Source: Pseudobdellovibrionaceae bacterium
GTDB lineage: Bacteria > Bdellovibrionota > Bdellovibrionia > Bdellovibrionales > Bdellovibrionaceae
Reading direction: 5' to 3'
DNA: 37,628 nucleotides
Assembly: GCA_043728555.1 (NCBI GenBank)
Contig: JAYTMM010000051.1
Span: forward strand, 1 to 37,628
Position 1 is the stretch's first letter; each line of letters opens with the position of its first letter. Positions 19,099 to 29,529 of the stretch are shown here, piece after piece. Under the pieces are notes generated by a model that had not been told where the DNA came from, searched no databases, and saw only the letters and a list, made by a program, of their open reading frames with translations. The position numbers and the translations under genes were made by a program.

Positions 19099-21077
19099 TA
19101 TGCAGTCCTTTTTGAATTTATATCGGTTTGTTCAATTAAATTCTGTAGCGCATTTTCAATTTGATTTAATGTGAATGGTTTTGATATAAATTGATCCATA
19201 CCTACGGCCAAACATTCTGTTTTATCTTCGGTCGAAGCATTTGCCGTTAACGCAATTATAGTTACTGGTTTAGATATATGACTGTTTTTCTCAGTCTGAC
19301 GGATGTTTTTTGTGGCCTGTAACCCATCCATTACGGGCATCTGACAGTCCATAAATATAACGTCATATTTTTCAGTTTCATGTTTTAAAATGGCCTCTTG
19401 GCCATTAGCTGCCAGATCACATTGAAAGCCTATTTTTTTCAGTGTCTTTAATAAGACAATTTGATTGATTTGCACATCATCGACAACTAAGATTTTCAAT
19501 TCGCTATATTTTTCAAATGCAAAACTCATCCGATTTTTTTCAGAAATGGGATTGCGAGTATTTTTATTTATATTTTCAACTTTTAAAGTAAATACAAACG
19601 TTGTTCCTTGGCCCAAAATGCTGTCAAAATAAATTTGCCCACCCATAGCTTCGATTAAATTTTTTGCAATAACTAAACCTAAACCCGAACCACCGAATTT
19701 TCGAGTGATCGTTGAGTCAGCTTGCTGAAAGGCCTGAAATAATTTTTTCTGATTTTCTGCTGAAATACCTATACCCGTATCAATAATACGAAATTCCAAA
19801 ATTGATTTAAATTGGTCAATTTTAATTGGTTTTACAAAAACTGAAACTGAACCGGCCGATGTAAATTTAATCGCATTCGAAATAAAATTCACTAAAATTT
19901 GTCGCAAGCGAACTTCATCTAAACCATAGCTGCAATCCGCGATAGTAGAATCAATTTTAAAATTTAGATTTATTTTCTTTGCAGACATCTGTGCTTTGAA
20001 TAAATTTGATATCTGATCAAAAGTTTTTTTCAATACAATTTCAGATCTATCCAATTGAATTTGCCCTGCTTGAATCTTTGAATAATCTAAAATATCACCG
20101 ATAATATCAGCCAAAATATGACTGGATTCGCGAGCATTGTTTATATTGTCAGTCACATCAACATTTAATTTTTCGGTTTCGATCAATTGCAGCGATCCTA
20201 TAATCGCATTCAGCGGAGTTCTGATTTCGTGTGACATCACAGCTAAAAATTGTTTTTGATATTTCAGATTTTTTTCTGATTCAAACAAATGGTTTTTTAA
20301 ATTTTCATTTAGCAGAAAATTTGACATCTGATTTTTTTTATAAAGTAGAAATGCCCCGTAAAGTGATAAAAATCCGGCAGCCAACAGCATATTGTACCAC
20401 AATAAATTCATTCCTACTTTTTTTGCCGAAATATCGACACCAATCAAAGCTTCAAATTTATTATCAGAATCATAAATCGGGTAAAATGCACTTAGCCAAG
20501 TGCCCCATTTATCATTGTAAAAATTTTTTGTATAAGCAAATTTTTTTTCTGCAAATGCCAAATTTAGATCCGGCAGACTTTTGTCATATTGTTCGCCAAT
20601 TTGCGTGCGGCTTTCGCGGTCGCCTTCAAATTTATTATTGCTATCATAATCAGTTTCAGAATCAACAATGAATATGACCTTGCCTGCATCATTTAGTCTC
20701 ATGGTATAAACGTCATCAAAAAACTTGCCTGATTGCTTTTGCCATTTAATTTCAGCGTCAATCATTCGTAAATAATTCACATCGTTTGCCAACGTATCTG
20801 TATCCATTCTGTAGTGTTTTAAAGATAACATGGATTCAGACATAATCGACAACTGCGATTTCAAAAGCTCAACCTCATTTGATAAATTTGCGTTCGTTAA
20901 TGAATACATTGTACAGATAGCTATCAAAAAATAACCCACTATATAACGTATGCGAATCGGTTTCGATTTATTGTAGTTATTGTAGTTATTGTAGTTATTG
21001 TAGAAAAAATTAATTGCGCATATTACGACAATCAAGAATAAAAATGCAATTACAGAACAGAATAGAACAATTGGCAT
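19098..21077 (-). CDS. Membrane hybrid sensor histidine kinase (Cache-like sensor, HisKA, HATPase, REC)
   Basis: KWGTWLSAFYPI sensor; SHEIRTPLNAI; NFISNAIKFT; DTGIG; GGSGLGL; REC VVDD..FMDCQMP..ISKP. Confidence 0.95.
   Translation of the reverse strand: MPIVLFCSVIAFLFLIVVICAINFFYNNYNNYNNYNKSKPIRIRYIVGYFLIAICTMYSLTNANLSNEVELLKSQLSIMSESMLSLKHYRMDTDTLANDVNYLRMIDAEIKWQKQSGKFFDDVYTMRLNDAGKVIFIVDSETDYDSNNKFEGDRESRTQIGEQYDKSLPDLNLAFAEKKFAYTKNFYNDKWGTWLSAFYPIYDSDNKFEALIGVDISAKKVGMNLLWYNMLLAAGFLSLYGAFLLYKKNQMSNFLLNENLKNHLFESEKNLKYQKQFLAVMSHEIRTPLNAIIGSLQLIETEKLNVDVTDNINNARESSHILADIIGDILDYSKIQAGQIQLDRSEIVLKKTFDQISNLFKAQMSAKKINLNFKIDSTIADCSYGLDEVRLRQILVNFISNAIKFTSAGSVSVFVKPIKIDQFKSILEFRIIDTGIGISAENQKKLFQAFQQADSTITRKFGGSGLGLVIAKNLIEAMGGQIYFDSILGQGTTFVFTLKVENINKNTRNPISEKNRMSFAFEKYSELKILVVDDVQINQIVLLKTLKKIGFQCDLAANGQEAILKHETEKYDVIFMDCQMPVMDGLQATKNIRQTEKNSHISKPVTIIALTANASTEDKTECLAVGMDQFISKPFTLNQIENALQNLIEQTDINSKRTA
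20968..21003. repeat. Perfect 9-bp tandem repeat x4 inside the kinase gene
   Basis: (TTATTGTAG)4, encoding YNNYNNYNNYN. Confidence 0.95.
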
Positions 21078-21083
21078 TCTTTA

Positions 21084-21111
21084 TTATCGGCACAGAATAT
21101 TCATATGTTTA
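21084..21111 (-). promoter_or_regulatory. Sigma28 promoter for kinase-Hpt
   Basis: The minus strand reads TAAA-N16-GCCGATAA (consensus -10), ending 6 nt before the ATG. Confidence 0.7.
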
Positions 21112-21238
21112 AAAAATTTTTGTTTCAGAATAGGACACTTTTTATTGTTTTTATAAAAAACGAATTATTTCAAAAATAAATTCAATTTTGAAACTGGACC
21201 GACCGAAACAGAATTTGCATAATGCAGGAGACCCAACT

Positions 21239-21664
21239 ATGTTTCACCAGAATACAAAATTTTTAGTCGTCGATGATTTCGCCACCATGAGAAAAATTGT
21301 CAAAAAGGTTCTTGATGAATTAGGTTACAAAAACGTCGTTGAAGCTGTTGATGGCAAAAATGCTTTAGACATACTAAAAGAACACCATTCGAAAAATGCT
21401 CCATTTGAATTCGTAATTTCGGACTGGAACATGCCGAATATGCAAGGCATTGATTTATTAAAGGCTTGCCGATTAGATCCTTCTCTGAAGACATTGCCCT
21501 TCATGTTGGTGACTGCCGAAAGTGAACAAACGCAAATTATCGAAGCCGCCAAAGCCGGCGTTTCTGAATATGTGATTAAGCCATTCAATGGAGCCACATT
21601 AAAAACGAAAATTGAACGCGTGTATCAAAAGGTCACTGCAAATTCTGAAAAGAAAGCGAGCTAG
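21239..21664 (+). CDS. cheY: Chemotaxis response regulator CheY
   Basis: FLVVDDFATMRKI, ISDWNMPNM, MLVTAE, YVIKPF; ATG 21239 with AGGAG SD. Confidence 0.93.
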   Translation: MFHQNTKFLVVDDFATMRKIVKKVLDELGYKNVVEAVDGKNALDILKEHHSKNAPFEFVISDWNMPNMQGIDLLKACRLDPSLKTLPFMLVTAESEQTQIIEAAKAGVSEYVIKPFNGATLKTKIERVYQKVTANSEKKAS

Positions 21665-21668
21665 ACCT

Positions 21669-22166
21669 ATGTCTGCAGCAATTAAACATCAATCTGAGCA
21701 TCCATTCATGAATCGCGATGTTATATTAAATTTATCAAATGGAATGACGACCACATTAAAAGTGATGGCAAATATCGATGCCCATTTCGAAAAACCATTT
21801 GCCGATTCAAATTGGAAATCACCTAAAGAAATATCAGTTTTTTTAGTTCTGAACAGTGAGGCCTACAAAGGCCAAGTACAATTTCACTTTGATCTGTTGG
21901 TTGCTAAAAAAATTATTGAAAACATGGTTGGCTCACCTATCGATGAAAATTCAGCTGAAATTCTTGACGGAGTTGGTGAAATTTCGAATATTTTTTATGG
22001 CGCAGCCAAGACAAAATTAAAAGAATTAGGCGTTGATTTAAATATGTCTCTCCCTCAACCGTGCTGGACCAAAGATTTGCCCGAGCAATTAAATAAGTCC
22101 ATAAAAATGGTCATCCCATTCAAAGTCGAAAATAAAGATTGTTTCGTTGAAATTATTTTATATTAA
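21669..22166 (+). CDS. cheX: CheX-family CheY-P phosphatase
   Basis: DGVGEISNIFYGAAK (ExxN motif), MSLP, VIPF; ATG 4 nt after cheY. Confidence 0.82.
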   Translation: MSAAIKHQSEHPFMNRDVILNLSNGMTTTLKVMANIDAHFEKPFADSNWKSPKEISVFLVLNSEAYKGQVQFHFDLLVAKKIIENMVGSPIDENSAEILDGVGEISNIFYGAAKTKLKELGVDLNMSLPQPCWTKDLPEQLNKSIKMVIPFKVENKDCFVEIILY

Positions 22167-22180
22167 TAAAGTGATTTGAC

Positions 22181-22205
22181 TGCAGCTGTTAAAAAAACAG
22201 CTGCA
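22181..22205. terminator. Hairpin between convergent cheX and cheR-cheB (possible terminator)
   Basis: TGCAGCTGTT-aaaaa-AACAGCTGCA 10-bp stem, with no clean U-tract. Confidence 0.5.
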
Positions 22206-22249
22206 AATAAAAAGTAAATTATATTTTGATTTTAAATTTTGCCGGTTGA

Positions 22250-24685
22250 TTAACTGGCTTTTTTAATTGGTAAAGATTGTGATTTGTTCGAAGCAATCGC
22301 CACTTCAATAATCTGAGCCGCAATTTTATTCAGCGGCAAAATATAATCTACAGCACCTAATTTAATAGCTTCGCGTGGCATTCCAAAAACAACGCACGAT
22401 TCTTCGTCTTGAACGATGGTTTGAACACCGCAGTCATGCAGATTTTTCATTTCGGCAGCGCCGTCTGCGCCCATACCTGTTAAAATAACCGATAATAAAT
22501 TTTTTGGCGGCAACTGATTATCTAACGCCGATTTAAATAAATAATCGACGGATGGTTTATGTCGATTTACAGGTAAATCATTTTTAACTTCAACAAAATA
22601 TTCGCCGCGACGTTTGTTGATTGCCATTTGTTTACCGCCGGGCGCAATTAATACCTGATTTGGTTTTACAATATCGCCGTCGATTGCCTCTTTGACACTA
22701 AATGGTAAAATTTCGTTTAAATGTTTCGCAAAACTCGCAGAAAAATTTTCTGGAATATGCTGCACAATTAAAATTGGCGGTATTTGAGGCGGCATTTTTT
22801 GTAATAATTCACGAATAGCTTCGGTACCGCCCGTCGAGGCACCCAGCAGAACGATTTTTTGATTCATATTTTTAAATTCGTCCGAATTTAATTTATGTAA
22901 ATTCATTGATTTATTTTTTAAATTCGCATTTGCAGCCGTCAAAATTCGTTCGCACGTAATGATTGTCATTTCTTGAACCTGAGCCAGATTTGGTTTTTGA
23001 ATAAAATCAATCGCACCCAATTGCATGGCTTGCAAAACCAAATCGCTGTCTTCTTTGTTCATTGAGCTGATCATAATTGTTGGTATTTTATAATTAGCCT
23101 GCACAATTTGTAGTAACGTCAAACCATCAATATCAGGCATGTGAATGTCCATAGTGATGACATCAGGTTTGGTGGCTTGTATCAGTCCTTCGACCTCAAG
23201 CGGTTTCGTCGTTTGCGCAACGACTTCGATATTTGGATCAGTCGAAATCATTTTCGATAATAAATTTAATACCGTCAGCGAATCGTCAACGATCAGGACT
23301 TTGACTTTTCGACTGACAACGGGTTTATGAATTGGTTTTTCAATTTTGATCGATTGCGTGCTGATTATTTGGCGCGCTTTAATTGCTGTGACAGCTGGTT
23401 TTTTAAAATTTCTGTGAATAATTTTTAATTTACTGCGAATTTCATTTCCACCTTGAGCTATATTATTCAAGGACGGTTTTTCAACATAATCCGCAGCACC
23501 CAAAGAAATTGCTTTTTGTGCCAACGACATATCATCCCGATTCACAGACGACACAATGAGTACAGGAATTTGGTGATTAAAATTTCGTAAAAATTCAATC
23601 CCATCCATTTCAGGCATATGTAGATCCAATGTAATCGCATCAAAATTTTGTGTTTTTAAAATATTTAAAGCTTCGATACCATTTTTTGCAATTGCAGTAA
23701 CTTTATAACCACTGTTTGCAATTAAAATTTTCTGCATCAAATTTAAAATTGTTGATGAATCATCGATACACAAAATATTTAAAATTTTATCTGCTGCGGG
23801 CTGCAGGTTTTTTTGCAATTTCAATATTTGTGTTTTTATTGCTGATGGATGTTGATAAACAGACGTGGCCACCGATTGCAATTTTAAATTCAGTCGCGTT
23901 AACGATTCTGAAATGCCGGTAAATAAAAATCCGTCTTGATTTAAACGGTCTAATAATTTATTTGTAATTTCTTTGACTTGATCTTGGTTAAAATAAATAA
24001 ATACGTTTCGACAAAAAATAATATCAAATTCTATCTGCGGTTGAAAGCCACCAGCTTCAAAAATATTCCATACGGAAAATTGACATTTTTCAGAAATATG
24101 TTTTTTGACTTTCGAAAAACCAGCCGCTGAATTTTGGCCTTTGATAAATTGATCACGAATATACATCGACGGCGATTGTGATAATTCTTCGTTTTTGTAA
24201 ACTGCATTTTTTGCTTTTTGAACTGATTCGGGGTCAATATCAGTGCCATATATTTTGAATTTTATATCCGCTGCGGATTCATTCAAATGAAAATGAAAAA
24301 ATAAGGCCAACGAATAAGCTTCTTCGCCGGAACTGCAGGCTGCTGACCAAATATGAATCGTTTTATCGACACGCGAACGTGCTGTCTGAATTAATTGCGG
24401 CAACGATTTATTTAATAAAAATTCAAAATGATTAAATTCACGAAAGAAAAAAGTGTAATGCGTCGTCATCAGAGAAACTAAAGCTGTTGATTCAGCTTCG
24501 ATATTTTTAAATAAATGAATCATGTAATCTTTGTGATTATCAAAACCTAAAAAAATCATGCGTGTCTGCAAACGATTTTCCACCATCGAAAACTGTTTTT
24601 CGCCCAGCTGAATACCAGCCATTTCCGAGACTATTTCGCAGATTTTTTCAACTGCCGCTGAAGTTTCTTCGATTGAACTATTCAT
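22250..24685 (-). CDS. CheR-REC-REC-CheB fusion (methyltransferase, extra receiver, methylesterase)
   Basis: CheR: [28 protein letters not shown]. Two RECs: CIDDS..LDLHMP..EKP and IVDDS..MDIHMP..QKP. CheB triad: GASTGG, VQHIP, TGMGADG. The likely start is ATG 24685. Confidence 0.92.
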   Translation of the reverse strand: MNSSIEETSAAVEKICEIVSEMAGIQLGEKQFSMVENRLQTRMIFLGFDNHKDYMIHLFKNIEAESTALVSLMTTHYTFFFREFNHFEFLLNKSLPQLIQTARSRVDKTIHIWSAACSSGEEAYSLALFFHFHLNESAADIKFKIYGTDIDPESVQKAKNAVYKNEELSQSPSMYIRDQFIKGQNSAAGFSKVKKHISEKCQFSVWNIFEAGGFQPQIEFDIIFCRNVFIYFNQDQVKEITNKLLDRLNQDGFLFTGISESLTRLNLKLQSVATSVYQHPSAIKTQILKLQKNLQPAADKILNILCIDDSSTILNLMQKILIANSGYKVTAIAKNGIEALNILKTQNFDAITLDLHMPEMDGIEFLRNFNHQIPVLIVSSVNRDDMSLAQKAISLGAADYVEKPSLNNIAQGGNEIRSKLKIIHRNFKKPAVTAIKARQIISTQSIKIEKPIHKPVVSRKVKVLIVDDSLTVLNLLSKMISTDPNIEVVAQTTKPLEVEGLIQATKPDVITMDIHMPDIDGLTLLQIVQANYKIPTIMISSMNKEDSDLVLQAMQLGAIDFIQKPNLAQVQEMTIITCERILTAANANLKNKSMNLHKLNSDEFKNMNQKIVLLGASTGGTEAIRELLQKMPPQIPPILIVQHIPENFSASFAKHLNEILPFSVKEAIDGDIVKPNQVLIAPGGKQMAINKRRGEYFVEVKNDLPVNRHKPSVDYLFKSALDNQLPPKNLLSVILTGMGADGAAEMKNLHDCGVQTIVQDEESCVVFGMPREAIKLGAVDYILPLNKIAAQIIEVAIASNKSQSLPIKKAS

Positions 24686-26858
24686 TAAATCCTGGGTCGT
24701 CTGACGACGGTGTAAAATCAGCATTTGATGCTTTTATTTGCGACACTGGTTTTATATATTCGTTCGATGACTTGGATGCAGATACATTATTCTTTTTATT
24801 CATTTGAACAATGTTGGTCATTTTTTTTAATGCTGCAGCTGGATTCGCAAGCTGCTGTTTACCGTCTTGGCCAAAGACCAAACGATTTAAATCAGAAACG
24901 ATATCCTGCAGGCCGTCTGATTGCGCTTTCAGCTGCTGTCCGGCTGATGCTGAAGCTTGCGCTATTGCCGCATTTTGCTGGGTGACTTGTTCCATTTGCG
25001 CAATCGCTCCTGCAATTTGACGAACTCCAGCAGCCTGTTCGCGTGATGCTGTTGAAATTTCAGTAATCATGGTATCAACTTCTTGAACGTTGTGCAAAAT
25101 GGTATCTAATTCGTCATTACATTTAACTGCAGTATCAATTCCCATTTTAATTTTATTTTTTGACGTTGTGATCATTTGTTCAACTTTTGTTTTTGAATCT
25201 GCGACGATAAAATTAACTTTTTGTACAGATTGGTCCAATAAAATTGAAATTTCTTTGGAAGCTTCACCCGACATTTTTGCCAAATTACCAACCTCTTCGG
25301 CGACGACAGCAAAACCTTTACCGTATTCGCCGGCACGTGCAGCTTCGACAGAGGCATTGAATGATAATAATTTTGTTTGAAAAACAATTTCATTAATGAC
25401 TTTGGTTTTGTTGCTGATGTCGTGAATTAATTTTGTCATTTCAACCAATTGCTGATTTGAATCGGCCATTTGATTTGATGCTGCTAAATTTGTTGCTTCA
25501 ATATCTGTGATGGCACTCATCATATCTTGGACAGTTTTTTTACCTTTTTCACAGGCCGAAATACTATCGCTGGATACATCGCGCGAACGCTCTGCAGATT
25601 CTGAATTTTTTTGCACAGTCGCCGTAATTTCATCGACTGCAGTCACAGTTTCTTGCAGTGCAGTTGCCTGTTGTCTGGATGCCACAGATAATAGCTGTGA
25701 TGATGTCGCGATTTTTTCAGCGGCTTGGTAAACTTCTTTGGCATTATCACCTAATGTAATGCTTGAATTTGCTAAACTTTTGGCAATAGCTCGTCCAACC
25801 CAAAGCGATAATCCCAACGAAAATAAAATTCCCAGACAGAAAACAATATAAAATTCTTTCATGACAGCTGTCGCTTCTAAATAAGCATCGTCTAAATTAT
25901 CATGAACAAAGGTGCTCCACCCCAATGCTGCAATCGATTTTTTATCATCAATAATGTGAAATCCTACTAAATCAGGCGAAGCATCAGTTTCATAACGTGA
26001 TAAAATAGCTCCTGATTTTTTTGACGCAATCACTGCATTAACGCCTGTGTGCATTTTTACAAAATCTTCTTTTAATATTTTATTTTCGTCTGTGACAATA
26101 TCAATTTTATGTGTTTTCTCGTCAGTACCTGCAAATGAAATCATTTTACCATCTTTGTTGGCTACTGTGATTTCCAGATCTTTGAATCCTAATTTATGCA
26201 AATCTTCGAATGTATTTATAACTTCATTTTCAAACCAACGCTTACCTGCACGATTCGAAATTACGCCGATGACATTGCCTTTGGTATCATGGATCGGCGC
26301 ACTGAAACTGGAACCAAAACGATTTTCGCCGAATGCTGATTTCATCAACGGGTCTTGAATGAAATCTTCGATGTATGTCCCCGCGTACGAATTGGCTTTG
26401 TCATCGGTAAATTCGCCTTTTAATGCTGATTTAAACCATTGTGTTTCTGCATAATTAAAATTTTGCAAATTTTTATAATTTACAATTTTGCCAGCAACAT
26501 CTTTTGAATTTGCAGAAACCAAGCGTCCGTATTTATCAACGACCAAAATTAAATCGTAAATTCCGTACAGTGAAACATACTGGTCCAGTTCAGGTTGCAA
26601 TGCAGGTGCATTTAAATTTTGAACCAGATCATTAATCGCAAAAGCTTGGACATCACCGTAACGTTCGTAAATTTGTGCCGAGATTTTTTCACCCAATATT
26701 GATGCATACATTTCAAATTCTTCGCTTATTTTAGCTTTGAATGCTTTTGATACATTATAGACGTTGTAAAACGATAATGCACCTTGAACCAACAATACGC
26801 TTAGTGCAAGCAAAGCTATTTTTTTTGATAATGATAATTTTATAATTTTGTTCCACAT
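24678..26858 (-). CDS. Methyl-accepting chemotaxis protein with large (dCache-like) periplasmic domain
   Basis: 2 TMs; [36 protein letters not shown]; flexible tail ending SSDDPGFNE. Confidence 0.95.
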   Translation of the reverse strand: MWNKIIKLSLSKKIALLALSVLLVQGALSFYNVYNVSKAFKAKISEEFEMYASILGEKISAQIYERYGDVQAFAINDLVQNLNAPALQPELDQYVSLYGIYDLILVVDKYGRLVSANSKDVAGKIVNYKNLQNFNYAETQWFKSALKGEFTDDKANSYAGTYIEDFIQDPLMKSAFGENRFGSSFSAPIHDTKGNVIGVISNRAGKRWFENEVINTFEDLHKLGFKDLEITVANKDGKMISFAGTDEKTHKIDIVTDENKILKEDFVKMHTGVNAVIASKKSGAILSRYETDASPDLVGFHIIDDKKSIAALGWSTFVHDNLDDAYLEATAVMKEFYIVFCLGILFSLGLSLWVGRAIAKSLANSSITLGDNAKEVYQAAEKIATSSQLLSVASRQQATALQETVTAVDEITATVQKNSESAERSRDVSSDSISACEKGKKTVQDMMSAITDIEATNLAASNQMADSNQQLVEMTKLIHDISNKTKVINEIVFQTKLLSFNASVEAARAGEYGKGFAVVAEEVGNLAKMSGEASKEISILLDQSVQKVNFIVADSKTKVEQMITTSKNKIKMGIDTAVKCNDELDTILHNVQEVDTMITEISTASREQAAGVRQIAGAIAQMEQVTQQNAAIAQASASAGQQLKAQSDGLQDIVSDLNRLVFGQDGKQQLANPAAALKKMTNIVQMNKKNNVSASKSSNEYIKPVSQIKASNADFTPSSDDPGFNE

Positions 26859-26912
26859 GTTGTTATCCTGCTGTTTGGTGTTTTTAACTTAATCCTGTTT
26901 TAAATAATTAAT

Positions 26913-27377
26913 TTATGCGGCCATTCCCAATTGTTGCAATTCTTCGACAGACAGGGCTTTCGCGATGTCTAAAATTAATATCAGTTCGTTTTCTTTTCTG
27001 TAAACGCCAGAAATATAATCTGTGTTGTGTGCAGATGAAACCACAGGTTTTTCTGAAATATCAGTTTCGGATAGCGAAACCACATAATTCACACAGTCAA
27101 CCATAACGCCCAACTGGTTTTTACCGAAATTTAAAATCATGACTGTGGTTTCTGCTGAATTTGATTCTTTTAAATTTAATTTTTTTCGTAAATCCATAAT
27201 CGAAATGACTTGGCCACGTAAATTCATGATACCTAAAAAATACGGGGCAGTTTGCGGCACAGCTGTGATTTCAGGTACCCGAATAACTTCTTTGACTGTT
27301 AATAAGGGAATCGCATATTTTTCGCTTCCCAAATTAAAACAAATATATTTATTTAATTTTTTTGATTCTTCATTCAT
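26913..27377 (-). CDS. cheW: Chemotaxis adaptor CheW
   Basis: YAIPLLTVKEVI, GIMNLRGQVISIMDLR, GVMVD. Confidence 0.96.
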   Translation of the reverse strand: MNEESKKLNKYICFNLGSEKYAIPLLTVKEVIRVPEITAVPQTAPYFLGIMNLRGQVISIMDLRKKLNLKESNSAETTVMILNFGKNQLGVMVDCVNYVVSLSETDISEKPVVSSAHNTDYISGVYRKENELILILDIAKALSVEELQQLGMAA

Positions 27378-27379
27378 AA

Positions 27380-29200
27380 TTAAGCCACCCGTAATCTGTC
27401 GTTTGGTCGTTCATTTTTTTCAATTAATTTGTGATCAATTCTAAATTCTGTTCTTTTTCTTAATATTAAATCCTGTGGCTCCAGTATCAACGCTGGTTTT
27501 CCATCGGCCAATATCGTGCTGCCGCTGATGCCTTTTAAATTTTGTAATTCCAAACCCAACGGTTTTGTGACAATTTCGTTTTGCACTAAAATATCATCGA
27601 CCATCAGACAAAACGGTTTTTCACCGGACCTGACAACCAAAGCAATTAAATCTGTTGTTTCTAAGTGACTGCGTAAACCAAAAAAATCACCCACACGATA
27701 CATCGGCAAATTTTCACCGCGCAACATCAGTGTTTCACCGATATTTTGATTTTTTTGAATTTGTTGAAATGTGGGACGCAATGTTTCATGCACATGTGTT
27801 AACGGTACCGCAAATTTATGGCCACCGGACGAAACAATTAAACTGTCAATAATTGCTAATGTTAATGGTAATATAATTTTAAATGTCGTTCCCTGCCCCA
27901 GAATAGACGTAATTTTAATTTCACCGTTTAATTCTGTGATATTGGTTTTAACAACATCCATCCCAACACCGCGCCCTGATACATCCGTCACAGCTTCTTT
28001 AGTTGAAAAACCCGGCGCAAAAATTAAATTTCGACATTCATCGTCACTTAATTTTTGATTTTCAGTAATAATATTTTTTTCAATCGCCTTTGCACGCAAT
28101 TTTTCAGGATTTAATCCTCCGCCATCATCAGAAACTTCGATGACCAATTTACCTGACTGGTGGTATGCAGATAAAATAACTGTGCCTTTTTCTGATTTAT
28201 TATTTGCTGATCTGATCATTGAATTTTCAATACCGTGATCCACAGAATTTCTAATAAGATGCACTAACGGATCATTTATTTTTTCTAAGACTGTTTTATC
28301 TAATTCAGTCTCTTCGCCTTTTAAAACAAAATTGATTTCTTTGTTCAAGGCTTGCGCCGTATCACGAACAATACGTTGCATTTTTTGAAACGTAGGTTTC
28401 ACCGGCGTCATTCGAAGACTCATGGATGAGTCTTGGATTTCTTTGGAAATTTTTGATAATTGAATGACGGTTTTTTTCAAAGCGTCACTTTCGTGACCCA
28501 AAACTTGTTCTTTTAATACAGATTGTAAAATCACCATTTCGCCGACTGAATTTAATAGTGCTTCAACTTTTGAAAGCGCAACACGAATACTTTCTTCAAC
28601 GGCTTGGGCCTGATGGGTATTCACAGGCTTCGAGGCCGCAGGTTTGACCAATTCAATCACAGGTTTTAAAATCATTTTCGGCTGGTTTGTGGCCAGTGCT
28701 TCTTGGGCTTCGGCCATCGCCAACAATTCTTCGATGGTGGGTTCGTATTTTTCAGCAGCTACTTCAGATGAAATATCCGCCGCTGGTTTTAATTTATCAA
28801 CATTGTTAGTGGTCGGTGATTCTGAATAATTCTTCATTTGATTTAATAAATCTGCTGAATCAAATGTTGCAGCTAAATCAGATTTCAAACTATTGATCAT
28901 CAACTGAATATGGTCATTGGCTCGTAATAAAATATTGACCACAGCCGGTGTACACGAAAGCACGCCATTTTTAATTTTTAAAATAAACGTTTCAAATTCA
29001 TGGGTAAAAGCACCAAATTCATCAAAACCCACAGCTTTTGATGAACCTTTTAAATTGTGCGCCAGTCGAAAAATTTTATTAATATTTTCAATATTCATTG
29101 AATCTGATTCTAAAATCAAAAAACAGGATTCAACCTCTGTAATGGCTTGTTCGGCTTCTTCCAGAAATCCTATTTTTAATTCTATTTCAAAATCGTCCAC
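27380..29200 (-). CDS. cheA: Chemotaxis histidine kinase CheA
   Basis: Start moved to GTG 29200 (GGGAG SD 5 nt upstream). FRLAHNLKG, DPLVHLIRNSVDHG, DDGGG, SGRGVGMDVV and C-terminal CheW domain; no obvious P2 domain. Confidence 0.96.
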   Translation of the reverse strand: MDDFEIELKIGFLEEAEQAITEVESCFLILESDSMNIENINKIFRLAHNLKGSSKAVGFDEFGAFTHEFETFILKIKNGVLSCTPAVVNILLRANDHIQLMINSLKSDLAATFDSADLLNQMKNYSESPTTNNVDKLKPAADISSEVAAEKYEPTIEELLAMAEAQEALATNQPKMILKPVIELVKPAASKPVNTHQAQAVEESIRVALSKVEALLNSVGEMVILQSVLKEQVLGHESDALKKTVIQLSKISKEIQDSSMSLRMTPVKPTFQKMQRIVRDTAQALNKEINFVLKGEETELDKTVLEKINDPLVHLIRNSVDHGIENSMIRSANNKSEKGTVILSAYHQSGKLVIEVSDDGGGLNPEKLRAKAIEKNIITENQKLSDDECRNLIFAPGFSTKEAVTDVSGRGVGMDVVKTNITELNGEIKITSILGQGTTFKIILPLTLAIIDSLIVSSGGHKFAVPLTHVHETLRPTFQQIQKNQNIGETLMLRGENLPMYRVGDFFGLRSHLETTDLIALVVRSGEKPFCLMVDDILVQNEIVTKPLGLELQNLKGISGSTILADGKPALILEPQDLILRKRTEFRIDHKLIEKNERPNDRLRVA

Positions 29201-29239
29201 TAATACTCCCGTACGAAAAATAAAAATATCTATGTTTTC

Positions 29240-29264
29240 GTATCGGCATTTCACAATTTTTTTA
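29240..29264 (-). promoter_or_regulatory. Putative sigma28 promoter for the cheA operon
   Basis: Minus-strand GCCGATAC 39 nt before the GTG. A TAAA is present, but at a non-ideal 13-nt spacing. Confidence 0.5.
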
Positions 29265-29439
29265 CAGTCTGGTCTGGGGACGAAATCAGAAAATAGATCT
29301 TGGTCTTGTGTGAACCTGACCTCACAACCAATACAACTCACCCAAAACGTCACTGGATGAACAAAATGCCTGTCAGAATCCTAACAGTCGATAAGTTATA
29401 ATTAATTCGCTATACCTGCTGTCACCAATGGAGGTTTTT

Positions 29440-29511
29440 ATGAACACACTGAATATTTCATTAATGTTAGTCTTAGCGGCGCTGGTTGTTACACATATTG
29501 CTATCGTTTAA
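29440..29511 (+). CDS. Putative 23-aa hydrophobic small protein (MNTLNISLMLVLAALVVTHIAIV)
   Basis: GGAGG SD at 29430-29434, ATG 29440, TAA 29509-29511; TATAAT at 29397-29402. Confidence 0.55.
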   Translation: MNTLNISLMLVLAALVVTHIAIV

Positions 29512-29529
29512 TCCATACACATTGAACGT

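Noticed and set aside
20231-20671. Longer antisense ORFs (20231..20671, 26047..26358, 28917..29360, 33002..33454 and similar)
   Set aside because: They lie opposite well-supported genes and show no recognisable motifs.
29260-29335. Possible c-di-GMP-I riboswitch (GGGACGAAAT) near cheA
   Set aside because: It is on the wrong strand for cheA and lacks the GGCAAACC and GAAA elements.
29201-29353. Cys-rich N-terminal extension of CheA
   Set aside because: It spans the promoter region. The SD and Hpt boundary support GTG 29200.
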